Notes under the pieces: generated by a model
The model's database searches: none
The model's input: only the letters and a program-made list of their open reading frames with translations
What the model was told of the DNA's origin: nothing
Position numbers and translations under genes: made by a program
Shown here: piece after piece, positions 7,843-17,437 of the stretch
Layout: every line of letters starts with the position of its first letter
How positions within the stretch are numbered: the first letter of the stretch is position 1
From: an uncultured Alkalibaculum sp.
Lineage (GTDB): Bacteria; Bacillota; Clostridia; Eubacteriales; Alkalibacteraceae
DNA: 32,033 nucleotides
Reading direction: 5' to 3'
NCBI GenBank assembly: GCA_964626295.1
Contig: CAZVEI010000001.1
Span: 1-32,033, forward strand

Positions 7843-9629
7843 TGCTTTCCTCCTATGGCATCAAATGGACAGACTTGAGCACAAATAGAACATCCATAAC
7901 ATAGAGAAGACTCAATAGTCACTTGCTCTTTTTCAACTATTATAGCCGGACATCCTAGTTCTTTTATACATTTCTTGCAATTTATACATTTTTCTGAGTC
8001 TATTACATATGTAGGTTCTGGTTTGGAAATTTGAATACAGGGGGCTTCAAAAATAATCGCCTTTACACCCTTTTGATTTACAGCTTTTTCGACTGCTTCT
8101 TCTGCTGCTGTTAGGTCAAAAGGATTTACCCGCTCAATCCACTGAACGCCAATACCAGAAAGGACTTTAGGGATACTGATCTTTTCAGTAATATTGCCCA
8201 TCATGGTTTTTCCAGTGCCAGGATGAGGTTGGTTTCCAGTCATTGCAGTAGTAGAATTATCTAAAACCACAAGGATAATATCCGTTTGATTGTATACTGC
8301 ATTAATTACACCTGGTATTCCTGTATGAAAAAAAGTTGAATCGCCTACAAAGGCAAAATTTACTGCATCAGGCTCTGCACGGTGTAATCCTTGTGCCATA
8401 GTAATACCTGCTCCCATACAAAGACAAGTGTCTACCATATTAAGAGGCGCTGCATTTCCTAGAGTATAACAGCCAATATCTCCTGAGAACACGGCCTTTT
8501 TACCTTTCATAGCCACTTTAACTGCATAGAAGGAAGCTCGATGAGGACAGCCTGCACACAAGACAGGTGGACGAACAGGTAACTCTATAGAATGCTTTTC
8601 TCCTTTAGGCTTATCATATGAAATATTTAAGAATTCTCCAATTGATTCAGTGACAGCTGATACGGTATTTTCACCAGCTGATGGCATATCTTTTGTAAGT
8701 TTGCCTTTAATCTTCACAGGCAATTGATATTTTCCACAAATATATGTAAGTTCTTTTTCGATATAAGGCGAAAGCTCTTCAATGACGAGAGCCTCATCTA
8801 ATCCCTCTAAAAATTCTAAAGCTTGTTTTTCAGGGAACGGATATGGAGTAGTAACTTTAATAAGCTTGCAGGACCCTTTCAAAGAAGACAATGCTTCTTT
8901 CGTGTAGGCATAGCTAACCCCACTTGTGGCAATTCCCTTCTTTCCTTGACCGGATACTTCGTTAAAGCGATAAGATGAAAACTCTTTAGCAAGTACTGGA
9001 TTTCGCTCTTCGATTTTCTTATGACTTAAATAAGATAATCTGGGGAAAATGACCCATTTTGAGTCCTTTATAAAGCCTTCTGGGTTAATCTTCGTTCTCT
9101 TGTCATCTAATTGAAAGGACTCATTGGAATGACAAATTCTAGTAGTAGGACGAAATATAACAGGCGTCTTATACTTTTCCGAATACTCAAATGCATCTTC
9201 TATCATATAATAAGCTTCTTGTACTGAAGTAGGGTCAAAAACCGGGATTTTTGAAAATACGCCAAATTGCCTCGTATCTTGCTCTGTTTGAGAAGATATA
9301 GGGCCTGGGTCGTCTGCTACAACTACTACCATACCACCTTTGACACCAATATAAGAAAGACTCATAATAGGGTCTGTAGCTACATTTAAACCTACTTGTT
9401 TCATGGTAACCATACTTCTCACACCAGCATAAGATGCTCCAGCGGCTACCTCCATGGCTGATTTTTCATTTACTGACCATTCCACGTAAATATCTCCTGG
9501 ATTTTTCTTAGCTAATGTCTCTAATATTTCCGAGGAGGGTGTCCCAGGATATCCTGTTACCATACCGACACCTGCTCGAATAGCCCCCAAAGCAATCGCT
9601 TCGTTGCCCATTATCAATTCCTGTGTCAT
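7839..9629 (-). CDS. iorA: Indolepyruvate:ferredoxin oxidoreductase alpha subunit
   Basis: GNEAIA, GYPGTPSSE, VNEK, SSQTEQD, RPPVLCAGCPHR, DIGCY, TPP motif GDSTFFH...DN and two C-terminal 4Fe-4S motifs. Confidence 0.95.
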   Translation of the reverse strand: MTQELIMGNEAIALGAIRAGVGMVTGYPGTPSSEILETLAKKNPGDIYVEWSVNEKSAMEVAAGASYAGVRSMVTMKQVGLNVATDPIMSLSYIGVKGGMVVVVADDPGPISSQTEQDTRQFGVFSKIPVFDPTSVQEAYYMIEDAFEYSEKYKTPVIFRPTTRICHSNESFQLDDKRTKINPEGFIKDSKWVIFPRLSYLSHKKIEERNPVLAKEFSSYRFNEVSGQGKKGIATSGVSYAYTKEALSSLKGSCKLIKVTTPYPFPEKQALEFLEGLDEALVIEELSPYIEKELTYICGKYQLPVKIKGKLTKDMPSAGENTVSAVTESIGEFLNISYDKPKGEKHSIELPVRPPVLCAGCPHRASFYAVKVAMKGKKAVFSGDIGCYTLGNAAPLNMVDTCLCMGAGITMAQGLHRAEPDAVNFAFVGDSTFFHTGIPGVINAVYNQTDIILVVLDNSTTAMTGNQPHPGTGKTMMGNITEKISIPKVLSGIGVQWIERVNPFDLTAAEEAVEKAVNQKGVKAIIFEAPCIQISKPEPTYVIDSEKCINCKKCIKELGCPAIIVEKEQVTIESSLCYGCSICAQVCPFDAIGGKQ

Positions 9630-9672
9630 CTTAATAACCTCATATTCTATAATTTTTTAAGTAATTATTAAA

Positions 9673-9701
9673 ATTATATTCTTCTGTTTTAGGCATGTCA
9701 A
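9673..9701 (-). promoter_or_regulatory. Consensus SigA promoter of iorAB
   Basis: TTGACA (9701-9696), 17 nt, TATAAT (9678-9673). Confidence 0.85.
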
Positions 9702-9734
9702 GGATGCGTTTAAGGTGGTATGTCGTAGGTTGCG

Positions 9735-9788
9735 GGTAACTAAGCAAAAAGAGCATACCCTTGGATATGCTCTTTTTACTTAGTTACC
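9735..9788 (-). terminator. Intrinsic terminator after spoIIR with an extended stem
   Basis: GGTAACTAAG-C-AAAAAGAGCATA-CCCTTGGA-TATGCTCTTTTT-A-CTTAGTTACC. Confidence 0.8.
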
Positions 9789-9810
9789 TATATATTAACC
9801 ATTGAAGCTA

Positions 9811-10707
9811 CTAGTTGTAGAAGCCTAGTAGTTCCAATGCCTTCCACCTTATTTTAGGGGTACTTGAAGTTGAACTGCTTACTTCAAAACTTCTTTTTGG
9901 AGATGAAGCTTTCTCCTCTTGTCTCTTTTCTTCGTTATTCTCTTTACCGCATTTACATTGAATTTGCTTTTCTTTTTCAAGAGAATCTTCCTCATCTATG
10001 GTGGTTTCTGAATCATTCTCTAAGTGATCCTCTTTATCCTCCCTTTGTTCCCAAAGGTTATTTTGATTTAAAGGCTCTTTTGAATCGGTTGTGTCTTCAG
10101 TTTGATATTTCTCTACATCCTCATCATCTTCCTCTTCTAAAGCAACCTCTTCTGGTATGTTTCTGTACTCTTCTTTTGATACCTCTGTTTTTACATCTAC
10201 TAAACAAAGTGGTGGAAATAGCACGCACCACCAATTCTTTCCTTGTCCATTTCCGATAATGACTCTAAGAGCTAGATAATCTCCCGCTGGCAATGAAAAG
10301 TTTTTGTAGTACTTCGTAGGAAAAAAAGTCGTTTCTAATTCTACAGATACTTCATTGTCCATATTATATGTATGCAAAGTTTCTTGTGCTATATGCTGAA
10401 TCTCTTCACTATTTTCGTCGATAATCTTTATGGTCTCATCTTTCGATGTAGATACTTCTAGTTTAGGAACCATGTACTCTAGTACATCATCCTTCACTTT
10501 TAACTTCACTTGTTGATCCACTTCCGCATCGCTATTTGCAATAACGTGAAAACGAACTAATTTTTTTGCTAAATCATGCGAACTTAGTACCTTGCTCTCC
10601 AAAATAAAAAGATCTAAATTCGCTTCTTTTGAATATGTATTTACTACAAAAATACTGCTTAATATTAGTAGGAGAAACCCACATGCTATTATCTTTTTCA
10701 TATACAA
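9811..10707 (-). CDS. spoIIR: Stage II sporulation protein R
   Basis: Signal peptide; RFHVIANSD..DQ.VKLKVKD, FPTKYY, LPAGDY and GKNWWCVLFPPLC. Confidence 0.95.
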   Translation of the reverse strand: MYMKKIIACGFLLLILSSIFVVNTYSKEANLDLFILESKVLSSHDLAKKLVRFHVIANSDAEVDQQVKLKVKDDVLEYMVPKLEVSTSKDETIKIIDENSEEIQHIAQETLHTYNMDNEVSVELETTFFPTKYYKNFSLPAGDYLALRVIIGNGQGKNWWCVLFPPLCLVDVKTEVSKEEYRNIPEEVALEEEDDEDVEKYQTEDTTDSKEPLNQNNLWEQREDKEDHLENDSETTIDEEDSLEKEKQIQCKCGKENNEEKRQEEKASSPKRSFEVSSSTSSTPKIRWKALELLGFYN

Positions 10708-10732
10708 TCTGCCCCTTTATTTCTTATGTTAG

Positions 10733-10762
10733 GAGTATGAACGGAAATTATTCGGATTATAC
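10733..10762 (-). promoter_or_regulatory. Forespore SigF/SigG-type promoter of spoIIR
   Basis: GTATA (10762-10758), 15 nt, GTTCATACTC (10742-10733); spoIIR is SigF-dependent in B. subtilis. Confidence 0.6.
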
Positions 10763-10849
10763 ACAAAATTTAAAAATATTTTTTAGATTGTAAGAAAACG
10801 CCTGAATCTTTAGCCATCCGGTTCAGCATCTTATGTATTCCTCTCGGGT

Positions 10850-10953
10850 CAAATATGCAACTCACGTCGCAATGAACAATGAATATAGAACAACGAACGA
10901 TTAACAATATAAATACCACATAAATAGTCGCATATTTGTACTGTTCAATGTTC
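10850..10953 (+). repeat. Dispersed ~110-bp element, copy 2
   Basis: CAAATATGCAACTCACGTCGCAATGAACAATGAA...GTCGCATATTTGTACTGTTCAATGTTC. Confidence 0.85.
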
Positions 10954-10994
10954 GATTTAATATCTAAATTATTATACAGTGAATGCATTTATAG

Positions 10995-11198
10995 TTAACA
11001 TGTAGAAACTCTTCCTAAGAATACCCCAAAAATTGCAAGGAAAATAACAATCAAAACCTTTATGCTTCTGGAATTATAAGAATGGTCTGTAAGATTGTCT
11101 TCGAAAGCGTATACACTCCCCAAAGACACTAAAGATACGCTTAAAACATATAGAAAAGATAGGGTCGACTTGTAAACTCGATTAAATATAAAACTCAC
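10995..11198 (-). CDS. Small hypothetical membrane or exported protein; start codon uncertain
   Basis: Strong AGGAGGTGA RBS; signal-like segment ending SVYA plus a C-terminal hydrophobic helix. Confidence 0.45.
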   Translation of the reverse strand: MSFIFNRVYKSTLSFLYVLSVSLVSLGSVYAFEDNLTDHSYNSRSIKVLIVIFLAIFGVFLGRVSTC

Positions 11199-11265
11199 CT
11201 CCTAAATGCTATTTATACCATAGTATTCAAGGTGGTGAGTGGTGAGTTGTGTGCCTCGCTTTTTG

Positions 11266-11309
11266 AACGATAGTTAAATGGTTGTTGAGCGATTGTTGAA
11301 CTGTGGTTA
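11266..11309. repeat. 11-bp palindromic-unit tandem array, copy 1
   Basis: AACGATAGTTA AATGGTTGTTG AGCGATTGTTG AACTGTGGTTA. Confidence 0.7.
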
Positions 11310-11314
11310 AATAA

Positions 11315-12439
11315 TTATTTTCTACCGCCATAGTACTGATACAGATAAGTCAATATATTACCATTATACAATTTTCTGTTCTTTGTAGCTCTCCTGCCGA
11401 AATATCTTTCAAAACTCAAATGTCCCGTCAAAATAAAGTAGGACCAATCATCTAGTTTTTCAAAAGTTTCCCCCATAGTTCGGTAGAGATCCTCTACTTC
11501 TTTTTTGGTAGATAATCTTTCTCCATAAGGAGGATTGGTGATGATTGTTCCGGCTCTTTTGCTGGAACTAAATTCCGAAACATCTAATTTCTGAAAAGCG
11601 ATTACATCGTCTACGCCTGCTAGCTTTGCATTTTCCATAGCTAACTGGACGGAATGCTTATCAATATCTGAGCCTAATAATCGAAATTCTTCTCTCGTTA
11701 TCATTGCTTTCGCTGCTTCCCTTACATGTAAGTAATGTTTTTTTTGGCCATTCCAATTTTCACTAGCAAAAGTTCTATTGATTCCAGGAGCAATGTTTTT
11801 ACCCATTAGGGCTGCTTCAATGAGCAAAGTTCCCGAACCGCAAAAGGGATCGCATAATTGCCTTTCAGGTTTCCAGTGAGATAAAAATACAATTGCAGCT
11901 GCAAGAGTCTCTTTTAGAGGAGCTTCGTTTCCTTTTGCTCTATAGCCTCTCTTGTGAAGACCTACTCCAGAAGAATCTATAGATAAGGTAACCTCATCCT
12001 TTAAGATATTTACAAAAACAGGATAGTTCTCACCTGTTTCTTCAAACCAGTTGACCTTATATCTTTGTTTTAATCTTTCTACAATAGCCTTTTTTACAAT
12101 GCTTTGACAATCTGATTTGCTAAATAGCTTTGATTTTACAGAGGTAGCCTTAGCTACAGGAAAACGACCATCCTTTGTAACCCACGCTTCCCACTGACAA
12201 GCTTTCGTCTTCTCAAAGAGCTCATCAAAAGTAGTCGCATTAAACTTCCCAATCTTTACTAGTACCCTATCAGCAGTTCGTAGCCATATGTTTGCAATAG
12301 CTATAGCATCTTCTCCACCAGTAAATTCAACTCGGCCATTACTGGTCACGATATCTTCAAATCCTAATTTTACAACTTCATCTTTTAAAATACCTTCTAA
12401 GCCAAAAGTGCAAGTTGCGATTAGTTCAAGTTTTTTCAT
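11315..12439 (-). CDS. THUMP-domain SAM-dependent RNA methyltransferase (RlmL/YpsC-like)
   Basis: GLHKRGYR, APLKETLAAA, DPFCGSGT and NPPYGER motifs. Confidence 0.9.
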   Translation of the reverse strand: MKKLELIATCTFGLEGILKDEVVKLGFEDIVTSNGRVEFTGGEDAIAIANIWLRTADRVLVKIGKFNATTFDELFEKTKACQWEAWVTKDGRFPVAKATSVKSKLFSKSDCQSIVKKAIVERLKQRYKVNWFEETGENYPVFVNILKDEVTLSIDSSGVGLHKRGYRAKGNEAPLKETLAAAIVFLSHWKPERQLCDPFCGSGTLLIEAALMGKNIAPGINRTFASENWNGQKKHYLHVREAAKAMITREEFRLLGSDIDKHSVQLAMENAKLAGVDDVIAFQKLDVSEFSSSKRAGTIITNPPYGERLSTKKEVEDLYRTMGETFEKLDDWSYFILTGHLSFERYFGRRATKNRKLYNGNILTYLYQYYGGRK

Positions 12440-12617
12440 TTTAATTTATTCTCCTAAATAAATAAAGCGGCTTTGCGCTTTACGTTCTAAATTCCATGTT
12501 GGAGGTTCTAAGTAAAACCTATGCTACCAGAGATGGCTTTTGGGTTTCGCTACCACCTTACCACTCAATCGTCATTGTTTACTTGATTCATCTTCAATTA
12601 AGATATCGGGTCCTTAA

Positions 12618-13859
12618 TTACTGATTTATCTTCCGCAATTCCTCATCTTTCCCATAGACAAACAAATAACTATAACCTAAGTCCTTCAAGCCATTGATCT
12701 GTTTATTCATCTTCTTTTTTGCTACTAACGTAGTAACCCTATACCCTTGTTTTCTTAATTCATCTGCTTTTTTCATTACTTCGACAAAGTTTTCATCAGA
12801 TTGGTATAAGAATGCGACTTTCTTGTTGATTTCCCGGGAAATATGCTGTTCTTCTAAGAGTATTGTTATGATCCGTTCAAAACCTATAGAAAATCCTACT
12901 GCTGGAATGGATTCTTTTGAGATATTGCCGATCATATTATCGTATCGACCCCCTCCGGCTATGGAAAAACCATAAGGTCCATAAGTAATTTCAAAAATCT
13001 GTCCTGTATAATAGCCCATTCCTCTAACTAGTGTAGGATCAAATAAGATTTTATATTGTCCATTAGATAGTTCCCTTGCTGTCTTTATAACGTCCAATAG
13101 GCTATTTTTTACGGTTTCATCCCCTACAACACGATTCAAGTTATCCTCATTTAGTGTTGTAAAAGAGTGAATTATATCCTTTACGCCTTTTTCAATATAG
13201 CCTTTCTCTACAAGTTCTTTCTCTACGCCCTCTTGTCCTATTTTGTCTAGTTTGTCTAGGACAATACTAATAGAAGATACCTCTTCTGGTTTAAAACCTG
13301 CTGAAACAATAATACTGCTTAAAATTCTTCGGTCATTAATCCTTACGACAAAGTCTTTAAATCCTATTTCACCTAAAGCTTTTGCAGTCGTATGAATTAA
13401 TTCAATTTCTGCAACTTGTGTCTCTTCTCCTATAATATCAATATCACATTGTTTAAAAGATCTAAATCGTCCTTTTTGAGGTCTTTCTGCTCGAAACACA
13501 TTGTCAATCTGAATGGCTTTAAAAGGAAGTTGGAGAGAATTTTTATTGTTTGCAAAAAAACGGCTAAGAGGTAAAGTCAAATCATAGCGAAGACCTGTAT
13601 CACATAAGTCCTTAACCGTAGAGTTTTCATGAACGTCTAATTTTTCACCTCTTTTTAGAATAGTAAATAACATCTTTAAATTTTCTCCACCATCGCTGTT
13701 CATCAATAAATCAAGATTTTCTAAAATAGGCGTTTCGATTCTCTCAAAGCCGTGAGAGCGGTATATTGTTAATATCTTTTCTTGTAATTGATCTCTAAGT
13801 TCCATCTCTTGAGGAAGAATATCTCTAGTTCCTCTTATTGGATTAGCATGTATACTCAA
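12618..13859 (-). CDS. hisS: Histidine--tRNA ligase
   Basis: RGTRD, LRYDLT, FRAERPQKGRFR, LVRGMGYYTG, GGGRYD and GFSIGFER; TTG start. Confidence 0.95.
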   Translation of the reverse strand: MSIHANPIRGTRDILPQEMELRDQLQEKILTIYRSHGFERIETPILENLDLLMNSDGGENLKMLFTILKRGEKLDVHENSTVKDLCDTGLRYDLTLPLSRFFANNKNSLQLPFKAIQIDNVFRAERPQKGRFRSFKQCDIDIIGEETQVAEIELIHTTAKALGEIGFKDFVVRINDRRILSSIIVSAGFKPEEVSSISIVLDKLDKIGQEGVEKELVEKGYIEKGVKDIIHSFTTLNEDNLNRVVGDETVKNSLLDVIKTARELSNGQYKILFDPTLVRGMGYYTGQIFEITYGPYGFSIAGGGRYDNMIGNISKESIPAVGFSIGFERIITILLEEQHISREINKKVAFLYQSDENFVEVMKKADELRKQGYRVTTLVAKKKMNKQINGLKDLGYSYLFVYGKDEELRKINQ

Positions 13860-13962
13860 TGGATAACCCCTTTCTCGTATTTGTGGAAAGCTGAATGTTG
13901 GAAAGTTGGAACGAAAACCCTATATCAATTACAAACCAGGTCTTTCCCGTCCATTCAATTCT

Positions 13963-14017
13963 AACAATAGTTAAACGATGGTTGAACAACTGTTAAACAA
14001 TAGTTGAACCATCGTCA
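13963..14017. repeat. 11-bp palindromic-unit tandem array, copy 2
   Basis: AACAATAGTTA AACGATGGTTG AACAACTGTTA AACAATAGTTG AACCATCGTCA. Confidence 0.8.
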
Positions 14018-14070
14018 GCTTCCTTTCATCTACCTTTGCCTTTATAATTTAAAATTTACACTGTAAACTT

Positions 14071-15303
14071 TTAATTTTGTATCTTAATTTGGTGATATAC
14101 TTTCTTACCCTTTTTAATAATTAACTGTCCATCTTCATCGAAATCAGATAACGTGATTTCTCTATTGATGTCTTGAACTTTTTCGTCATTTACGGATACT
14201 CCACCTTGCTCTACTAGTCTTCGCCCTTCGCTTTTGCTCTTGATTAAGCCGGCTTGTTGCATAAGATCTAGTATTCCTATATGGTTTTCGATTGTAGCTT
14301 TTTCTGCTGTTGTGCTCGGCATATCTGCACTTTTAGCATTGCTCCCAAAAAGGCTTCTTGCAGCGTCTTGGGCTTTGACTGCTTCTTCTTCCCCGTGAAT
14401 AATCTTTGTCACTTCGTAAGCTAATACTTCCTTTGCCTTGTTGATTTGTGAGCCTTCTAATGCGCCTAATTCACGAACTTGTTCCATAGGTAAAAATGTC
14501 AGTAGGGCTAAACACTTTTCTACATCTGGGTCGTTGATATTTCTCCAGTATTGGTAGAATTCATATGGGCTCGTCTTTTCTGAGTCTAACCATAGTGCGC
14601 CTTTTTCTGTCTTACCCATTTTCTTGCCTTCACTAGTAGTTAAAAGAGAGAAAGTCATACCGTATGCTTGTCCGCTTGATTTTTTTCTGATAAGCTCTAC
14701 CCCTCCTATAATATTAGACCATTGGTCATTTCCACCTAATTGCATCTTGCAATTGTACTCATGATACATCTTGTAAAAATCATAGGATTGCATTAGCATG
14801 TAGTTAAATTCTAGAAAAGTAAGACCTTTTTCCATACGAGACTTATAACATTCTGCTTGAAGCATACGGTTTACAGAAAAATGAACGCCAACTTCTCTTA
14901 AGAATTCAATATAATTTAAAGGTAATAGCCAGTCAGCATTATTTACCATTAAGGCTTTATCTTCAGAAAAATCAAAGAATTTTTTAAATACATCTTTAAA
15001 GTTTTCTGCATTGCCATTGATTTGCTCTAGTGTAAGCATCTTTCTCATATCACTTTTATCTGTTGGGTCCCCAATGGTTGTGGTTCCGCCACCTATTAAA
15101 GCAATCGGTTTATGACCTGCTCTTTGCATATGAGTCATAGCCATTATCTGAAGAAAGTGACCGACATGTAAGCTATCCGCTGTTGGATCAAAACCTATGT
15201 AAAAGGTTATAGATTCCTTCCCTAATAGCTCCTTTATGGCTTCTTCGTCAGTACACTGCTCAATAAATCCTCTTTCATTGAGTATATCAAATACATTTTT
15301 CAT
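14071..15303 (-). CDS. tyrS: Tyrosine--tRNA ligase
   Basis: [26 protein letters not shown] and a C-terminal S4 domain. Confidence 0.97.
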   Translation of the reverse strand: MKNVFDILNERGFIEQCTDEEAIKELLGKESITFYIGFDPTADSLHVGHFLQIMAMTHMQRAGHKPIALIGGGTTTIGDPTDKSDMRKMLTLEQINGNAENFKDVFKKFFDFSEDKALMVNNADWLLPLNYIEFLREVGVHFSVNRMLQAECYKSRMEKGLTFLEFNYMLMQSYDFYKMYHEYNCKMQLGGNDQWSNIIGGVELIRKKSSGQAYGMTFSLLTTSEGKKMGKTEKGALWLDSEKTSPYEFYQYWRNINDPDVEKCLALLTFLPMEQVRELGALEGSQINKAKEVLAYEVTKIIHGEEEAVKAQDAARSLFGSNAKSADMPSTTAEKATIENHIGILDLMQQAGLIKSKSEGRRLVEQGGVSVNDEKVQDINREITLSDFDEDGQLIIKKGKKVYHQIKIQN

Positions 15304-15381
15304 TAAAATCCTCCTAAACTATAGTAAACACCTTACTTTTATATAATAACATGGCAAAGGCTCCAAGATTTACTCTTAGTC

Positions 15382-16578
15382 TTACGCATTTCTTTTCGTC
15401 ATCCATTCTACTATAAATACCTTTAGTATTGCAAAGACGGGTACAGCTAAAAACAGCCCCCATAGTCCAAATAATTCTCCACCTATTATAACAGAAATCA
15501 TAATCCAAAAGGGTCTTAATCCTATTTGATTTCCTAAAACTTTTGGCTCTATTAGATTTTCTTCTATCTGTTGGGCTACAATGACTAGACCTAACACCCA
15601 TACCGCTTGATTTGGGCTATTGAATAATGTAATAAGAACGCCTACGGCCCCTCCCACAATAGGACCAAAATAAGGGATAATATTCAACATGAGACTAATC
15701 AAGCTAATCAAAGCACTATGAGGTACTTTTAAGACAAGTAAACCGACAAAAATAAAAACCGCCACAAAAGCAGCACAGTAGACCTTTCCGATAAAGAATT
15801 TATAAAAAGTTTCATCCATTAACTCTAGTGTCTTAGTCCATTTGCGGTAGGTATCCTTGGATATGATACTTTTAATAGCAGTAGATGCTTGTCTACCTAA
15901 AACTTCACTATCTAATAGCAGATAGATCGATAAAAATAAGGATAATGTAAATGTGAAGATCTTATTGCCTACCCCTATAATCCTCTCTATTAAATAGATG
16001 AAAGTACCTTGAATGGTCAAATTGCCCTTGCCTAAAAGAGTAGAAAACAAGTCCCCTATACCTTGAGAGATTCCAGCTCCTCCAGAGCTCCTTGTGATGA
16101 ACTCGTCATCTACAAAATAATCGATATACTGTTCTAGATGAAGTTTGCTAACAATATTCTCTATTTCGCTAATATAGTTTGGTATGCTAGCAACAATCGT
16201 TCTTATGCTCTGCCATATTTGGGGTAATACAAATAAGAGTATCAAATATACGAGAAAAAATAAACAAAAATAGATTAGCAGTATGGAAATAATTCTACTA
16301 TATTTAACGTGTTTTTTAAAAAAGCCAATTCTTAATAGCTTTTTATCTAGAAGCAAAACCGGTCTTTTTAAAAAATAAAATAAGACCAATCCCCAAAAAA
16401 GAGGTTTTAGTACATCAATAAAAAACCTTGTTTTCTCCCCAATGAAGTCTACTATAATACCAATATTTGCAACAATCTTATAAAATAATAAGACCAAACA
16501 TAAGGTAAAGCCTAAGTACAAATAGGGCTTTGATTCTGTTTTTATCCTAAGTTTATTCAATTTATCACCTAATGTCAT
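15382..16578 (-). CDS. AI-2E (UPF0118) family transporter
   Basis: Polytopic; LNIIPYFGP, QQIEENLIEPKVLG and GGELFGLWGLFLAVP. Confidence 0.9.
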   Translation of the reverse strand: MTLGDKLNKLRIKTESKPYLYLGFTLCLVLLFYKIVANIGIIVDFIGEKTRFFIDVLKPLFWGLVLFYFLKRPVLLLDKKLLRIGFFKKHVKYSRIISILLIYFCLFFLVYLILLFVLPQIWQSIRTIVASIPNYISEIENIVSKLHLEQYIDYFVDDEFITRSSGGAGISQGIGDLFSTLLGKGNLTIQGTFIYLIERIIGVGNKIFTFTLSLFLSIYLLLDSEVLGRQASTAIKSIISKDTYRKWTKTLELMDETFYKFFIGKVYCAAFVAVFIFVGLLVLKVPHSALISLISLMLNIIPYFGPIVGGAVGVLITLFNSPNQAVWVLGLVIVAQQIEENLIEPKVLGNQIGLRPFWIMISVIIGGELFGLWGLFLAVPVFAILKVFIVEWMTKRNA

Positions 16579-16733
16579 TTTATTATATACTATATGGGTC
16601 TTACTTTAAATAATATAGCTATACTTACTATAGTTTTCATATTATCCTTTATAATTTACTTCTTATTCATGTATAATGAATAAGTCCCTAGCGCTTAGTC
16701 TCTAGTCACTAATATTTGGGTATTCCTTTAGGG

Positions 16734-16841
16734 CAAATATGCGCCTTACGTCGCAGTGAACAATGAGCATTATATATAAGCTATACAAAAAATCGCATAT
16801 TTGTACTATTCAATATTCACTGTTTATTATTCATTGTTCAA
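16734..16841 (+). repeat. Dispersed ~110-bp element, copy 3
   Basis: CAAATATGCGCCTTACGTCGCAGTGAACAATGA...ATCGCATATTTGTACTATTCAATATTCACTGTTTATTATTCATTGTTCA. Confidence 0.8.
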
Positions 16842-16963
16842 TTATGAAGTCTTTCTAATATATGGTCACCTAAATAGTTAGTACGCAGAGATTCTTGGGC
16901 TAAACGCTTAGGGTTTCTCATTTAACTAAAAATTATTTAATCCAAGGAAATACGGAGGTCAAA

Positions 16964-17416
16964 ATGTATTACTATTTAATTATTATCGCCATTATTGCTT
17001 TCGATCAATACACCAAGTATTTAGCCGTAAACCATGTAAAAAATGTATTAACCATTCCTGTTATAGAAAATGTCTTTCACTTAACTTACGCGGAGAATAC
17101 AGGAGCTGCATTTAGTATTCTATCCAATAAAATCCCCTTATTAACAATAGTCACATCAATTTTTATTATTTGTTTGTTGATTTATATGTGGAAGATGATC
17201 CGTGGCAAGAGAGGATTTCAGTGGATGACACTTGCTTTTTCCTTCGTTATTGGAGGTGCAATAGGAAACTTAATCGATCGGATACGCTTAGGATACGTAG
17301 TAGACTTTTTTGAATTTCGATTTGTAAACTTTGCTATTTTTAATGTAGCCGATACCTTTATCGTGGTAGGCTCTATCTTATTAATTATATGTATTTTACT
17401 CGAAGAAAAAGCATAA
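16964..17416 (+). CDS. lspA: Lipoprotein signal peptidase II
   Basis: DQYTK, NTGAAFS, GGAIGNLIDR, GYVVDF and FNVAD; GGAGG RBS. Confidence 0.96.
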   Translation: MYYYLIIIAIIAFDQYTKYLAVNHVKNVLTIPVIENVFHLTYAENTGAAFSILSNKIPLLTIVTSIFIICLLIYMWKMIRGKRGFQWMTLAFSFVIGGAIGNLIDRIRLGYVVDFFEFRFVNFAIFNVADTFIVVGSILLIICILLEEKA

Positions 17417-17437
17417 CCACTAGGCTATGCTTTTTTT
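17406..17437 (+). terminator. Terminator after lspA, possibly bidirectional
   Basis: AAAAAGCATA...TATGCTTTTTTT between the convergent lspA and GntR genes. Confidence 0.65.

Noticed and set aside
10770..10988. 72-aa ORF
   Set aside because: It is largely a translation of dispersed repeat copy 2 and lacks an RBS
13860..15381. T-boxes upstream of hisS or tyrS
   Set aside because: No GGTGGNACC motif in either spacer, and the tyrS spacer is only about 80 bp
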